IMG/VR virus record: IMGVR_UViG_3300020470_001313 | Span: 86,608 to 150,607 of that record | Strand: one strand, 5' to 3' | Length of the DNA stretch: 64,000 nt | Source: a virus | Program-made: the position numbers and the translations under genes | The notes under the pieces: model-generated | What the model was told of the DNA's origin: nothing | The model's database searches: none | What the model saw: the letters and a program-made list of their open reading frames with translations, nothing else | In this document: in pieces, positions 47,924 to 55,333 of the stretch | How the letters are laid out: the number at the start of each line of letters is the position of its first letter | How positions within the stretch are numbered: the first letter of the stretch is position 1

Positions 47924-48066
47924 TGATTTAACATTCTATCAATTTGTTGTTGTTTCTCAGTGTTAATATCCTTGAGATGATTACCAAATCCAATAACACT
48001 AAAGACTGCTTTTACACCATAGATTAAAAAGAATACTATGATAAAGATTGTGATTGATTGTTTCAT
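47920..48066 (-). CDS. Small membrane protein (48 aa)
   Basis: Translated by hand MKQSITIFIIVFFLIYGVKAVFSVIGFG...; ATGA overlaps on both sides. Confidence 0.6.
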   Translation of the reverse strand: MKQSITIFIIVFFLIYGVKAVFSVIGFGNHLKDINTEKQQQIDRMLNQ

Positions 48067-48191
48067 TGGCACATATCTTCAAAGCGTTGTTTAGCAATAA
48101 TCTCGCAATGTGCTTCGTCTAAATTAGGAAATTCTTCTAAAACTTCCTCATATAAAGTTTCAAGAATTGACTCGTGATGTAGAACTGACAT
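48063..48191 (-). CDS. Small acidic hypothetical protein (42 aa)
   Basis: Translated by hand MSVLHHESILETLYEEVLEEFPNLDEAHCEIIAKQRFEDMCQ; coupled to both neighbours. Confidence 0.65.
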   Translation of the reverse strand: MSVLHHESILETLYEEVLEEFPNLDEAHCEIIAKQRFEDMCQ

Positions 48192-48385
48192 TAGTATGCA
48201 CTCCTTAATAATGTGTACATTGCATCTCTAACTTGATGCGTATCTTCTACAATTCCCTCATACTTTTGGGTTTGTGCGTAACAATCAAGTGCTTGATCTA
48301 TTACATCCCATTGTTCTTGAGTGAAGAAATCGTACATAGTATTTAACTCTTTGTGAGAGTAATCTTTGTTGTTAACTGTAAACAT
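48191..48385 (-). CDS. Hypothetical protein
   Basis: 64-aa ORF, tightly packed. Confidence 0.65.
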   Translation of the reverse strand: MFTVNNKDYSHKELNTMYDFFTQEQWDVIDQALDCYAQTQKYEGIVEDTHQVRDAMYTLLRSAY

Positions 48386-48389
48386 TAGA

Positions 48390-48692
48390 TTAAACTCCCA
48401 AGTCTAAGAGTAGATCTTTTAGATAATCTTCAGCACAGTCTTGTGCATCATATACATTATCAAAAGTACCGAGATCAATTTGATCTCCGATGATGCAACC
48501 TTTTGAATCATCGTAAACCATAGTACGGACTTCAAAACGGTCATTACCGTAGTGATAGATCGCTAGATTAGGATCTAGGTCATTCTCACGTCTGTAAGAG
48601 TCAAACATAGAGGTGACTACACCCCGTTGCCACTCAAGACCAAGATAATCATCACATAGATTGATGGATTGTGAAAAAAGAGATTTTGACAT
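48390..48692 (-). CDS. Hypothetical early protein
   Basis: 100-aa ORF directly downstream of an early promoter. Confidence 0.7.
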   Translation of the reverse strand: MSKSLFSQSINLCDDYLGLEWQRGVVTSMFDSYRRENDLDPNLAIYHYGNDRFEVRTMVYDDSKGCIIGDQIDLGTFDNVYDAQDCAEDYLKDLLLDLGV

Positions 48693-48733
48693 AATTGAAA
48701 AATTGAAAATTGGTGTTCCTTGATTATGTACTT

Positions 48734-48792
48734 ACTATAGCACACAATCGGGCAAAAATCAAGCGATCTTGTGCCACTTTATTGACTGTCCA
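48734..48792 (-). promoter_or_regulatory. Early promoter (TTGATT-N17-TATAGT) with upstream palindrome
   Basis: Palindrome tgtgccactttattgactgtcca at 48770-48792. Confidence 0.7.
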
Positions 48793-48943
48793 TCAATGGT
48801 CTCAATACGTCATCCATGATGATACCATTGAAATTCTGAAAGATTCCTATCAATTCATCATCTAACGAGGTGCATGTATCAAGTATTTGTTTAACCTCAT
48901 TCAAATGGATTAACAGTTTCTGCTTATCAGTTAACTCATTCAT
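48779..48943 (-). CDS. Hypothetical protein (54 aa)
   Basis: Translated by hand MNELTDKQKLLIHLNEVKQILD...; ATGA overlap with the upstream stop codon. Confidence 0.55.
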   Translation of the reverse strand: MNELTDKQKLLIHLNEVKQILDTCTSLDDELIGIFQNFNGIIMDDVLRPLMDSQ

Positions 48944-49170
48944 AATCCATCCTTAATTGTTATTGCACCAGCATGATTCCACTTAATGTTTAAGCATGCC
49001 ATGTGAATATCTAGCAGATTTGATAGATTAACTCCCTCTAAATCTGTCCAGTCTGAAACATAATCAGTCTGGTCAAAATCACCAGTTCCATCTATCTTCT
49101 GTGGGCATGATTTGAAATTTTGGTCATCATCTACCCAGAAGATTCTTCCAAATGATTTACTATGAAACAT
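48940..49170 (-). CDS. Hypothetical protein
   Basis: 76 aa with strong AGGAGG RBS. Confidence 0.7.
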   Translation of the reverse strand: MFHSKSFGRIFWVDDDQNFKSCPQKIDGTGDFDQTDYVSDWTDLEGVNLSNLLDIHMACLNIKWNHAGAITIKDGL

Positions 49171-49184
49171 TAGAAATACCTCCT

Positions 49185-49325
49185 TTAAGCATTATTAATT
49201 ATTTCTTCTTTCCAGTCAATATCAGCAAAGACCTCATAAAAGAGTTCACAACCGATATCAAAGTCATCATCAAGTTCACCTTGATAGACTTTAACAACCT
49301 CATCATAAGTCCTGGATTCTGACAT
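49185..49325 (-). CDS. Small acidic hypothetical protein (46 aa; start revised from 49442)
   Basis: GGAG RBS precedes ATG at 49325; the upstream extension coincides with a structured leader. Confidence 0.6.
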   Translation of the reverse strand: MSESRTYDEVVKVYQGELDDDFDIGCELFYEVFADIDWKEEIINNA

Positions 49326-49339
49326 AATTAAAACTCCAA

Positions 49340-49438
49340 ATAGGGTGAATAGTGAGAGGAACAAAATCGCAGATGTCTGACCATATCTTAGTAGGATAAC
49401 CCCACAAATGGTCTCAGGGATGCGATTTTGTTCCCCAT
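49340..49438 (-). ncRNA. Putative structured leader / small RNA 1
   Basis: Perfect 14-bp inverted repeat 49358-49371 / 49421-49434 with inner gaccat/atggtc stem; begins right after a TATAAT -10. Confidence 0.55.
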
Positions 49439-49444
49439 ACATGT

Positions 49445-49503
49445 ATTATACACGATCAGGGGTATGTGTCATGTGATTTGGTGACACTTTGTAATCTGTC
49501 CAC
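49445..49503 (-). promoter_or_regulatory. Early promoter (ATGACA...TATAAT) with upstream palindrome
   Basis: Palindrome gtgacactttgtaatctgtccac at 49481-49503. Confidence 0.7.
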
Positions 49504-49680
49504 TCCTCGGACTACATCAATCTCTCTTATGATACGCTCAATTCTGGGCGTATTGATCGGGCAACGATAACTAAATGTTGTCGCTTCCTTATTGAGACAT
49601 TGAATGATAAGATCTAACTCCTTATCTTCAAGTGTTATATTATAATATACACCTGAAGATGTGATGATAGGTTCACTCAT
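49456..49680 (-). CDS. Hypothetical protein
   Basis: 74-aa ORF. Confidence 0.6.
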   Translation of the reverse strand: MSEPIITSSGVYYNITLEDKELDLIIQCLNKEATTFSYRCPINTPRIERIIREIDVVRGVDRLQSVTKSHDTYP

Positions 49681-49844
49681 CTCTCTTTAATTAACTCAGC
49701 AATTTGTGCATCTTCCACCTGATATTGTCTCAGTTTGAGATAGATATCAGACCAGAATTCCTGAATTGGTTCATCATTAACAACATTCATTTCTTGCTTG
49801 ATGTTGTTAAGAACTGCTTCCCACTGATAGTTGCTTAATGGCAT
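49677..49844 (-). CDS. Hypothetical protein (55 aa)
   Basis: Translated by hand MPLSNYQWEAVLNNIKQEMN...; fills the gap with overlaps. Confidence 0.55.
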   Translation of the reverse strand: MPLSNYQWEAVLNNIKQEMNVVNDEPIQEFWSDIYLKLRQYQVEDAQIAELIKER

Positions 49845-50020
49845 GGTAATCTCCATGAGGTTTTGTTTACTGAGGCATCACAATGTATGCAGTTTAATGC
49901 ACTCCAACTAAAGTGAAATACTCTAGCGTGACTGTTACATTCTGGGCAGATAATCAACTTGCCATGTTTACCTGCACGAGTGTATCTGTTAACTGTTTTG
50001 TGCATAATCCCATAGTTCAA
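49835..50020 (-). CDS. Small zinc-ribbon protein
   Basis: CPEC...FHFSWSALNCIHC. Confidence 0.65.
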   Translation of the reverse strand: MNYGIMHKTVNRYTRAGKHGKLIICPECNSHARVFHFSWSALNCIHCDASVNKTSWRLPCH

Positions 50021-50177
50021 TGAAATTTTTTAACCATGAATCATGCTCAGGTGAGTAATCCTGTTCATCAGCAGATACCATAGGTAAGTGATGCTTAACT
50101 ACATAATCTGCATAAACTTCTTGTAAGAAATCAATTTTATCCATAGGTTGTAGTTTGATTGCTTCAAGGTAACTCAT
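49989..50177 (-). CDS. Hypothetical protein
   Basis: 62-aa ORF. Confidence 0.6.
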   Translation of the reverse strand: MSYLEAIKLQPMDKIDFLQEVYADYVVKHHLPMVSADEQDYSPEHDSWLKNFIELWDYAQNS

Positions 50178-50384
50178 TTAATAATCCTCCTGATATGTGA
50201 ATTGGGTGAATTTATCGTAATCAAATTTATATGATACAACTCTAGCATCTTGATAATCATCATTATCAGATTGACTATGCCATGAGTTCAAGTATGCTTG
50301 AATCTCTTCACATAGATGTACAGGATTGATGGAATCATTCTCATCATCAAACTGTATGCGAACTTGAAAAATTGCTGATTTCAT
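50178..50384 (-). CDS. Hypothetical protein
   Basis: 68-aa ORF abutting both neighbours. Confidence 0.6.
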   Translation of the reverse strand: MKSAIFQVRIQFDDENDSINPVHLCEEIQAYLNSWHSQSDNDDYQDARVVSYKFDYDKFTQFTYQEDY

Positions 50385-50615
50385 TTATACATCCTCAAAC
50401 CATGAATCGTTATCCTCATCATTACAAACTGAGGTTAATGTGAAATTAGGAATGAATAGAAACTTATAATCATTATCTTCAGGATCAACACCATCTACAA
50501 CAAACTCTGAGTAGATAGATGTAACATTCTTCAGGTTATTCTCCTGGAGATTCCGTTGTAATGCTTCCATGAGTGTATCACTCATATTTTCAATAGACGT
50601 TTGTTGTTCGTCCAT
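50385..50615 (-). CDS. Acidic hypothetical protein (76 aa; start revised from 50702)
   Basis: GGAGG RBS before ATG at 50615. Confidence 0.65.
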   Translation of the reverse strand: MDEQQTSIENMSDTLMEALQRNLQENNLKNVTSIYSEFVVDGVDPEDNDYKFLFIPNFTLTSVCNDEDNDSWFEDV

Positions 50616-50625
50616 AGTTCCTCCG

Positions 50626-50705
50626 ATAGGGTGAATAAGAGTGTGGAAGAGGTTCGTCTTAAAGAGCATTTTCCTCTGGGGTCGCTCACCCTTGCCTTCC
50701 ACTCT
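50626..50705 (-). ncRNA. Putative structured leader / small RNA 2
   Basis: Closing stem agagtggaag/cttccac(ac)tct with two inner hairpins; begins right after a -10 element. Confidence 0.5.
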
Positions 50706-50708
50706 TTA

Positions 50709-50767
50709 ATAATACACGATTTTGAGAGTAAATGGTGAAAATGTGGTCAGTTTGATAACTGTCACAT
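50709..50767 (-). promoter_or_regulatory. Early promoter with upstream palindrome (copy A of a near-identical pair)
   Basis: TATTAT -10; tgtggtcagtttgataactgtcaca; 49/58 nt identical to 51541-51598. Confidence 0.7.
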
Positions 50768-50827
50768 AATGGGGTTGACGAAACATGAAAAAACGTGCAT
50801 TTTAAAATGTAACGGTGGTATGAAACA

Positions 50828-51025
50828 TCATACCACTTTTCCCATTATTCTCCTTATCTGGCGTGAACATTGAGCAACGGCATAATTATCACTAGGAGTT
50901 TTGCTCGTAGTGATAATCGTACCATTCTTATGTTGCCAAATAAAATGTTTAGTTTCTCTTACTAAATGAAAGTCATTCTTTTCCATTAAGAAACGAATCT
51001 CTTTCGTCAATGACTTCTTTGGCAT
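50828..51025 (-). CDS. HicA-like (dsRBD-fold) putative mRNA interferase
   Basis: Start revised to MPKKSLTKE (GAGG RBS); LMEKNDFHLVRETKHFIWQHKNGTIITTSKTPSD fits the HicA pattern including the His. Confidence 0.6.
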   Translation of the reverse strand: MPKKSLTKEIRFLMEKNDFHLVRETKHFIWQHKNGTIITTSKTPSDNYAVAQCSRQIRRIMGKVV

Positions 51026-51030
51026 GATGA

Positions 51031-51348
51031 TTACCTCAGATAAAGATAACCACCTGCCCAATCTGCTCGTGCATAGCATTCACCACGTGAAACACTATCT
51101 AACAAATTGTAGCGAACATGCTTTGCAGGTTTTGCCCATGATGCAGGTTTGTAAACATCACCAGTCTTCTTATCTACAAAACAATGTACACTATTATTGG
51201 AATTGATTTTGTAATACTTACGACCCTCAACAATTTCAAATGTTTCACTTAAACTGTTGGGATACTTAGTATTAAAATCCTCTTGCAATCTTTGTGCTAA
51301 TTTATGAGTGTACTCATAAACTTCTGATACAAATAGAGTTTTAGTCAT
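51031..51348 (-). CDS. Conserved phage hypothetical protein
   Basis: GRKYYKI...SVHCFVDKKTGDVYKPASWAKPAKHVRYNL...DWAGGYLY, a motif I recognise from many phages. Confidence 0.8.
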   Translation of the reverse strand: MTKTLFVSEVYEYTHKLAQRLQEDFNTKYPNSLSETFEIVEGRKYYKINSNNSVHCFVDKKTGDVYKPASWAKPAKHVRYNLLDSVSRGECYARADWAGGYLYLR

Positions 51349-51351
51349 TGA

Positions 51352-51513
51352 TTAATTCCAGTAAGAGTTTAAAGAACGAGATGTGAATTGATACTCTACA
51401 GTATCATCTAGTGACCCTAATATGTCACCTACCCACTCATCTTCGTTGATTTGTGAATGATCTGATTCAAACACTTCACTTGGAACTTCAAGTGATTTTG
51501 GTTTCCTAGGCAT
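51352..51513 (-). CDS. Hypothetical protein (53 aa)
   Basis: Translated by hand MPRKPKSLEVPSEVFESD...; first ORF after a promoter. Confidence 0.55.
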   Translation of the reverse strand: MPRKPKSLEVPSEVFESDHSQINEDEWVGDILGSLDDTVEYQFTSRSLNSYWN

Positions 51514-51536
51514 TTAATCCGTTGGTTGACTACTCT

Positions 51537-51598
51537 ATTATAATACACGAGATTCAAATCAAATGGTAAAAATGTGTGCAGTTTGATAACTGTCACAT
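51537..51598 (-). promoter_or_regulatory. Early promoter with upstream palindrome (copy B)
   Basis: tgtgtgcagtttgataactgtcaca at 51573-51597; TATTATAAT in the -10 region. Confidence 0.7.
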
Positions 51599-52195
51599 GC
51601 TCATCAACTTCTCATATAATTTTGTTCTAATCTTAAAGTGTCCTTTAACATGATGCTCATCTATGTAATCTTTATCAAGATAGTGTACAATTAGATCAGG
51701 ATCATTGTACCATTGTTCATAAGTCCACGATGCACTTCTAACATATCGTTGACCTTTATTCTCACACAATTCTGTTACTTGAGCATCTAACTTATCTGCT
51801 ATTGTTTTAAACTTATACTCAACAACATACATCACTCTACCATAAACAAATAGTGATGATATGATAGGCAAATTAACAGCATAATCCTTTAAGTATCTCA
51901 AACGTGTATAATCATTAAAGCAACCTCCACCATTGGTTGTTGATTTATAATAATTTTTAGGTTTGATTTCTTTCTCTTCACCTGTTAATTTGCACTTACA
52001 ATCTCTACCAAGTTTACCAGCAATAGGATCACAATTAGCGAGATGGGCAGTAATATGCTCTCTGAGCGTAGAACTGTTGGGATCATTGACATAAATTTCA
52101 TAAAGTTCCTCAAATAAACTATCTAGTTTTTTGGATGATTTGCCTGTTGATCTATCAACAGCAAGTTGTAATAATTCAGGAGTAAACATTAGCAA
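51593..52195 (-). CDS. Putative PD-(D/E)xK restriction-like endonuclease
   Basis: LREH...KLGRDCK....EEKEIKP gives an E...D...ExK pattern; weak motif only. Confidence 0.4.
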   Translation of the reverse strand: MLMFTPELLQLAVDRSTGKSSKKLDSLFEELYEIYVNDPNSSTLREHITAHLANCDPIAGKLGRDCKCKLTGEEKEIKPKNYYKSTTNGGGCFNDYTRLRYLKDYAVNLPIISSLFVYGRVMYVVEYKFKTIADKLDAQVTELCENKGQRYVRSASWTYEQWYNDPDLIVHYLDKDYIDEHHVKGHFKIRTKLYEKLMSM

Positions 52196-53420
52196 TAGCA
52201 GGGATACCTTGAGTAAAGATTAAATCAACTATTGCTTCTAATCTCTTCTGAGTTCTTGTACCTGCACCATACCCACTTGTTGTAGGTACTGTTACATAAC
52301 CACAAGGTTTTGTCCAGTTTGCATAACAAGTAGTAGAGATATTACCCTCTGCTAATTGTTTACGATCATCATCATGTACTCTAATAACTCTACCTATAGT
52401 TTGTGCCATTTCTATAGTTGGTAGGTTACGAAGTAGGATACAATGTGATAATCCTGGAACTGAAATACCCTCACTTAATATACTATAATGGAAGACAAGA
52501 AACTTTCTATCTCTCATTCTACCGAGAGCATTTAACACCTTAAAGAACATTTGTCTGTTGATCTTTTTCTTATTAAAGTAACAACCATGCTTAGAGGTTA
52601 TGTGTAAAATATCATAACCTAGTTCTTTACATCTATCAAGTACATCAGTTTGTGATAACATGTTCCACAATACTTTTGTTGATGGTGCAGCAACTAAAAT
52701 CTTTTGTGCTTGATCTGCATCTAATCCTTCAATGATTCCTAATATATTAGCAGCATCAAGATCAGGTGCATTTAACTTAGTTCTTACAATATCACACTCA
52801 TAAGTTGATAGTTTAGGTGGTAGAATCTTACCTGCTGCTATTAACTCAGGGGCAGGAGTATTCTCTAATATACCACCATAAACAGTTGAATTGTTCATCC
52901 CTCGTTTAGCACTACCTCTATCATGTTTCGGTGTAGCAGTAAAGAAGAATCTTCTATTTGCATGGGGAATCATATCAACAACTGCTAGATTAAAGTGTCT
53001 ACCAGTTGCGTTATGTGCTTCATCATAATATATCGTATCTACCTCAATTCCACTATCATATATTCTATTTAAAGAATGATATGTTGTAAAGATAAGACGA
53101 TGCTTATCCTTGTTACCTGATACCCAATTAAGGATTTCATGTGTTTTAGTGCTGTTAAATTCCTTGGTTTCGCCACTATGAACGTGCATTACTTCAGCAT
53201 CTAGTATATGCTCACTAAATTCTGAATGTAATTGATTGCTCAATAATATGCGAGGTGCAACCACAACAATAACCCTAGATTCATAAGAAGTTTTTAACCT
53301 TCTCTTGCAATCTGCGATCATAATGTAAGTTTTACCACCACCTGTAGGAATGATAATTTGACCACAATCTTTAGTGTTCATCTTATCATAAGCACGTTGT
53401 TGATGTGCTGATAGATTCAT
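52176..53420 (-). CDS. SF2 DEAH-box helicase (ResIII-like)
   Basis: PTGGGKT, DEAH, TATP, LSEGISVP, QTIGRVIR. Confidence 0.9.
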   Translation of the reverse strand: MNLSAHQQRAYDKMNTKDCGQIIIPTGGGKTYIMIADCKRRLKTSYESRVIVVVAPRILLSNQLHSEFSEHILDAEVMHVHSGETKEFNSTKTHEILNWVSGNKDKHRLIFTTYHSLNRIYDSGIEVDTIYYDEAHNATGRHFNLAVVDMIPHANRRFFFTATPKHDRGSAKRGMNNSTVYGGILENTPAPELIAAGKILPPKLSTYECDIVRTKLNAPDLDAANILGIIEGLDADQAQKILVAAPSTKVLWNMLSQTDVLDRCKELGYDILHITSKHGCYFNKKKINRQMFFKVLNALGRMRDRKFLVFHYSILSEGISVPGLSHCILLRNLPTIEMAQTIGRVIRVHDDDRKQLAEGNISTTCYANWTKPCGYVTVPTTSGYGAGTRTQKRLEAIVDLIFTQGIPAIANVYS

Positions 53421-53441
53421 TAAAACCTCATTACTAAAATC

Positions 53442-53500
53442 ATTATAAATGAAAAAAGCACCCAGTGGTGGGTGCTTGTGACAGTTTGTAAGGTGGTCTA
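53442..53500 (-). promoter_or_regulatory. Early promoter with palindrome upstream of helicase
   Basis: TATAAT at 53442-53447; tgtgacagtttgtaaggtggtc from 53477. Confidence 0.65.
53452..53477 (-). terminator. Rho-independent terminator overlapping the promoter spacer
   Basis: Minus strand aagcaccc-accact-gggtgctttttt. Confidence 0.75.
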
Positions 53501-53599
53501 TGAGTTTGCGATGTAGTCCTCAATCACTTGTAGAACTTCGGCAGCAGTCTCAGCATCTTCTAGTAGAGCAAAGAGAGCAACTTCAGGATTGAATGCCAT
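53498..53599 (-). CDS. Small acidic peptide (33 aa) in its own promoter-terminator unit
   Basis: Translated by hand MAFNPEVALFALLEDAETAAEVLQVIEDYIANS. Confidence 0.55.
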   Translation of the reverse strand: MAFNPEVALFALLEDAETAAEVLQVIEDYIANS

Positions 53600-53626
53600 G
53601 ATCGTTTGTGCGTTGAATACCTAGGT

Positions 53627-53686
53627 ATTATACATGACCCATAAGGTCTGTCAGTGGATTGTGTGACACTTCCTCAGTTGGCACAC
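53627..53686 (-). promoter_or_regulatory. Early promoter (CTGACA...TATAAT) with palindrome, inside the 3' end of the MTase gene
   Basis: gtgtgacacttcctcagttggcacac at 53661-53686. Confidence 0.7.
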
Positions 53687-54590
53687 GATTTTGGATCAAC
53701 TCCCCATAAGACTCGTGCAGTTCACATCCTAGGTAGAATCTGCCTAGTTGCTTTGCCACCATTGCAGTTGTGCCTGATCCCATGAACGGATCTAGAATGA
53801 CATCACCCTCTTCACTCCCTGCCTTTATACAGTCTGTAATTAGTTCAGGTGGAAATACTGCAAAGTGAGCACCTTTATAAGGTTTGGTTGCAACTTTCCA
53901 TACACTACGTTTGTTTCTCTTATCATATACCATTTTGCGTGGTCTAGTTAAACCTGAAAACTGTCCAGTTGTGTCTTTAGTGTTATTCATATTAATAGGT
54001 TTATTACCACCCCATCTCTCACCTACTGCCTTTTCCTTTATACTTTCATGGTCGTAATAGTATTTCTTATTCTTACTTAAGAGGAAGATGTACTCATGTG
54101 ATTTAGTACATCTATCCTTCACACTTTCAGGCATTGGATTAGGTTTATGCCATATAATATCTTGCCTTAAATACCATCCATCTGCTCTTAATGCAAATGC
54201 TAACATCCAAGGAATACCGATTAAATCTTTCTCTTTAAGTCCATCTAATTTATTACCTCGTCTTGCACATTTCTGTGGTAAATCTTGCTTACTCTTACTA
54301 ACAGTTTGTTTAACTAATGACTGACCTTTTCCAGGTCTATAGTTATAATAACTATCACCAATATTCACCCATAAAGTACCATCATCAGTAAGACAATCTC
54401 TGACTGATCTAAACACTTCAACTAGGTTTTGAATATACTCTTCTGGTGTTTCTTCTTGTCCTATTTGTAACTCTTCCCCACCATAATCTCTTAATCCGTA
54501 ATAAGGTGGGGATGTAACACACATTCGTGCCTTATCAATAAAGGCACACAATGTTTCACGACAATCACCAAATAAAATAGTGTCTTTCAC
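53628..54590 (-). CDS. DNA amino-methyltransferase, beta class (N4-cytosine likely)
   Basis: TSPPY motif IV near the N-terminus, DPFMGSGTT motif I near the C-terminus; GTG start. Confidence 0.92.
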   Translation of the reverse strand: MKDTILFGDCRETLCAFIDKARMCVTSPPYYGLRDYGGEELQIGQEETPEEYIQNLVEVFRSVRDCLTDDGTLWVNIGDSYYNYRPGKGQSLVKQTVSKSKQDLPQKCARRGNKLDGLKEKDLIGIPWMLAFALRADGWYLRQDIIWHKPNPMPESVKDRCTKSHEYIFLLSKNKKYYYDHESIKEKAVGERWGGNKPINMNNTKDTTGQFSGLTRPRKMVYDKRNKRSVWKVATKPYKGAHFAVFPPELITDCIKAGSEEGDVILDPFMGSGTTAMVAKQLGRFYLGCELHESYGELIQNRVPTEEVSHNPLTDLMGHV

Positions 54591-54658
54591 TTCTTAAATG
54601 CACCTAACTTTATTAAGATGTAAATTGTAAGAGTTGTCCAGAAAATTACATAATACAT
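54587..54658 (-). CDS. Tiny hydrophobic peptide (23 aa)
   Basis: Translated by hand MYYVIFWTTLTIYILIKLGAFKK; stop overlaps the MTase start (GTGA). Confidence 0.4.
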   Translation of the reverse strand: MYYVIFWTTLTIYILIKLGAFKK

Positions 54659-54674
54659 AGCGATATTATACCAT

Positions 54675-54702
54675 AAAAAAAGATGGGTGTAAACCCATCT
54701 TT
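54675..54702 (-). terminator. Rho-independent terminator
   Basis: Minus strand aaagatggg-tttac-acccatctttttt just after the 54709 stop codon. Confidence 0.75.
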
Positions 54703-54708
54703 AGAATA

Positions 54709-55044
54709 TTAATTGAATGCTCTGTTATAAGAGTCCTTAACATAGTCAACAGATTTAATAACAAAGGGTTTAGCAATGTTATAACCTTTGACCACATCAT
54801 TCCAAAGTTCGTTTACTTCATAAGAATGAATTGACCAACGAACTTTAACATCATCACGATAATCTTCCCATGTTAGGTTAGGTTTTTCGGGACGAACTTG
54901 GGCAGGTTTAGTATCAGTCACTTGCTTAATCTCACGAGGTTGTGAGTATTTAGTAGCAGGACTCACACTCTTAACAGAACTTTTTCTTGCCTTCCTTGTC
55001 CGTGTCTTGCGAGGTGTGGACTTGGTTGCAGTTGCAGTTGGCAT
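54709..55044 (-). CDS. Hypothetical protein with K/R-rich disordered N-terminus
   Basis: MPTATATKSTPRKTRTRKARKSSVKS...; has its own promoter and terminator. Confidence 0.75.
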   Translation of the reverse strand: MPTATATKSTPRKTRTRKARKSSVKSVSPATKYSQPREIKQVTDTKPAQVRPEKPNLTWEDYRDDVKVRWSIHSYEVNELWNDVVKGYNIAKPFVIKSVDYVKDSYNRAFN

Positions 55045-55069
55045 GAATGAAATTCGTTTGAACTCCCTT

Positions 55070-55127
55070 ATTATAAAGGATAATCAGAGAACAACACGCT
55101 GTCTTGTGACACTTTCTTCATTGGTTG
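55070..55127 (-). promoter_or_regulatory. Early promoter with degenerate palindrome
   Basis: TATAAT at 55070-55075; tgtgacactttcttcattggttg at the same spacing as the other copies. Confidence 0.55.
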
Positions 55128-55329
55128 TAATATTTACATCCTGAATGCCTAATTTCTCCACTATATCTTCTAATAGGGAAATCTTCTTGTCATAAGTTAC
55201 TTTATCTAGTATCTTTCTTTGAAAATACTTTTCTTGAATATCATGTAACTTCATTGATATCGCTTTCTTCAACATTTCCTTTTCAGGTACATTGAAAGGC
55301 ATGCAATGTGGGTAATGCGTTGAGGACAT
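55084..55329 (-). CDS. Hypothetical protein
   Basis: 81-aa ORF. Confidence 0.6.
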   Translation of the reverse strand: MSSTHYPHCMPFNVPEKEMLKKAISMKLHDIQEKYFQRKILDKVTYDKKISLLEDIVEKLGIQDVNITTNEESVTRQRVVL

Positions 55330-55333
55330 TAAA

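Noticed and set aside
49326-49442. N-terminal extension of ORF 49185-49442 (and likewise 50616-50702)
   Set aside because: The start would lie at the transcription start without an RBS and run through strong hairpins; internal ATGs have clear GGAG sites.
49340-50705. tRNA, hammerhead/twister ribozyme or known riboswitch as identity of the two structured leaders
   Set aside because: No T-loop/anticodon cloverleaf, no CUGAnGA...GAAA core and no riboswitch consensus I could match by eye; an Rfam scan is still needed.
50775-50808. Plus-strand sigma70 promoter antisense to the HicA-like gene as a stand-alone feature
   Set aside because: TTGACG is good, but the hexamer at 17-nt spacing is CATTTT and TAAAAT lies at 22 nt; support is too weak.
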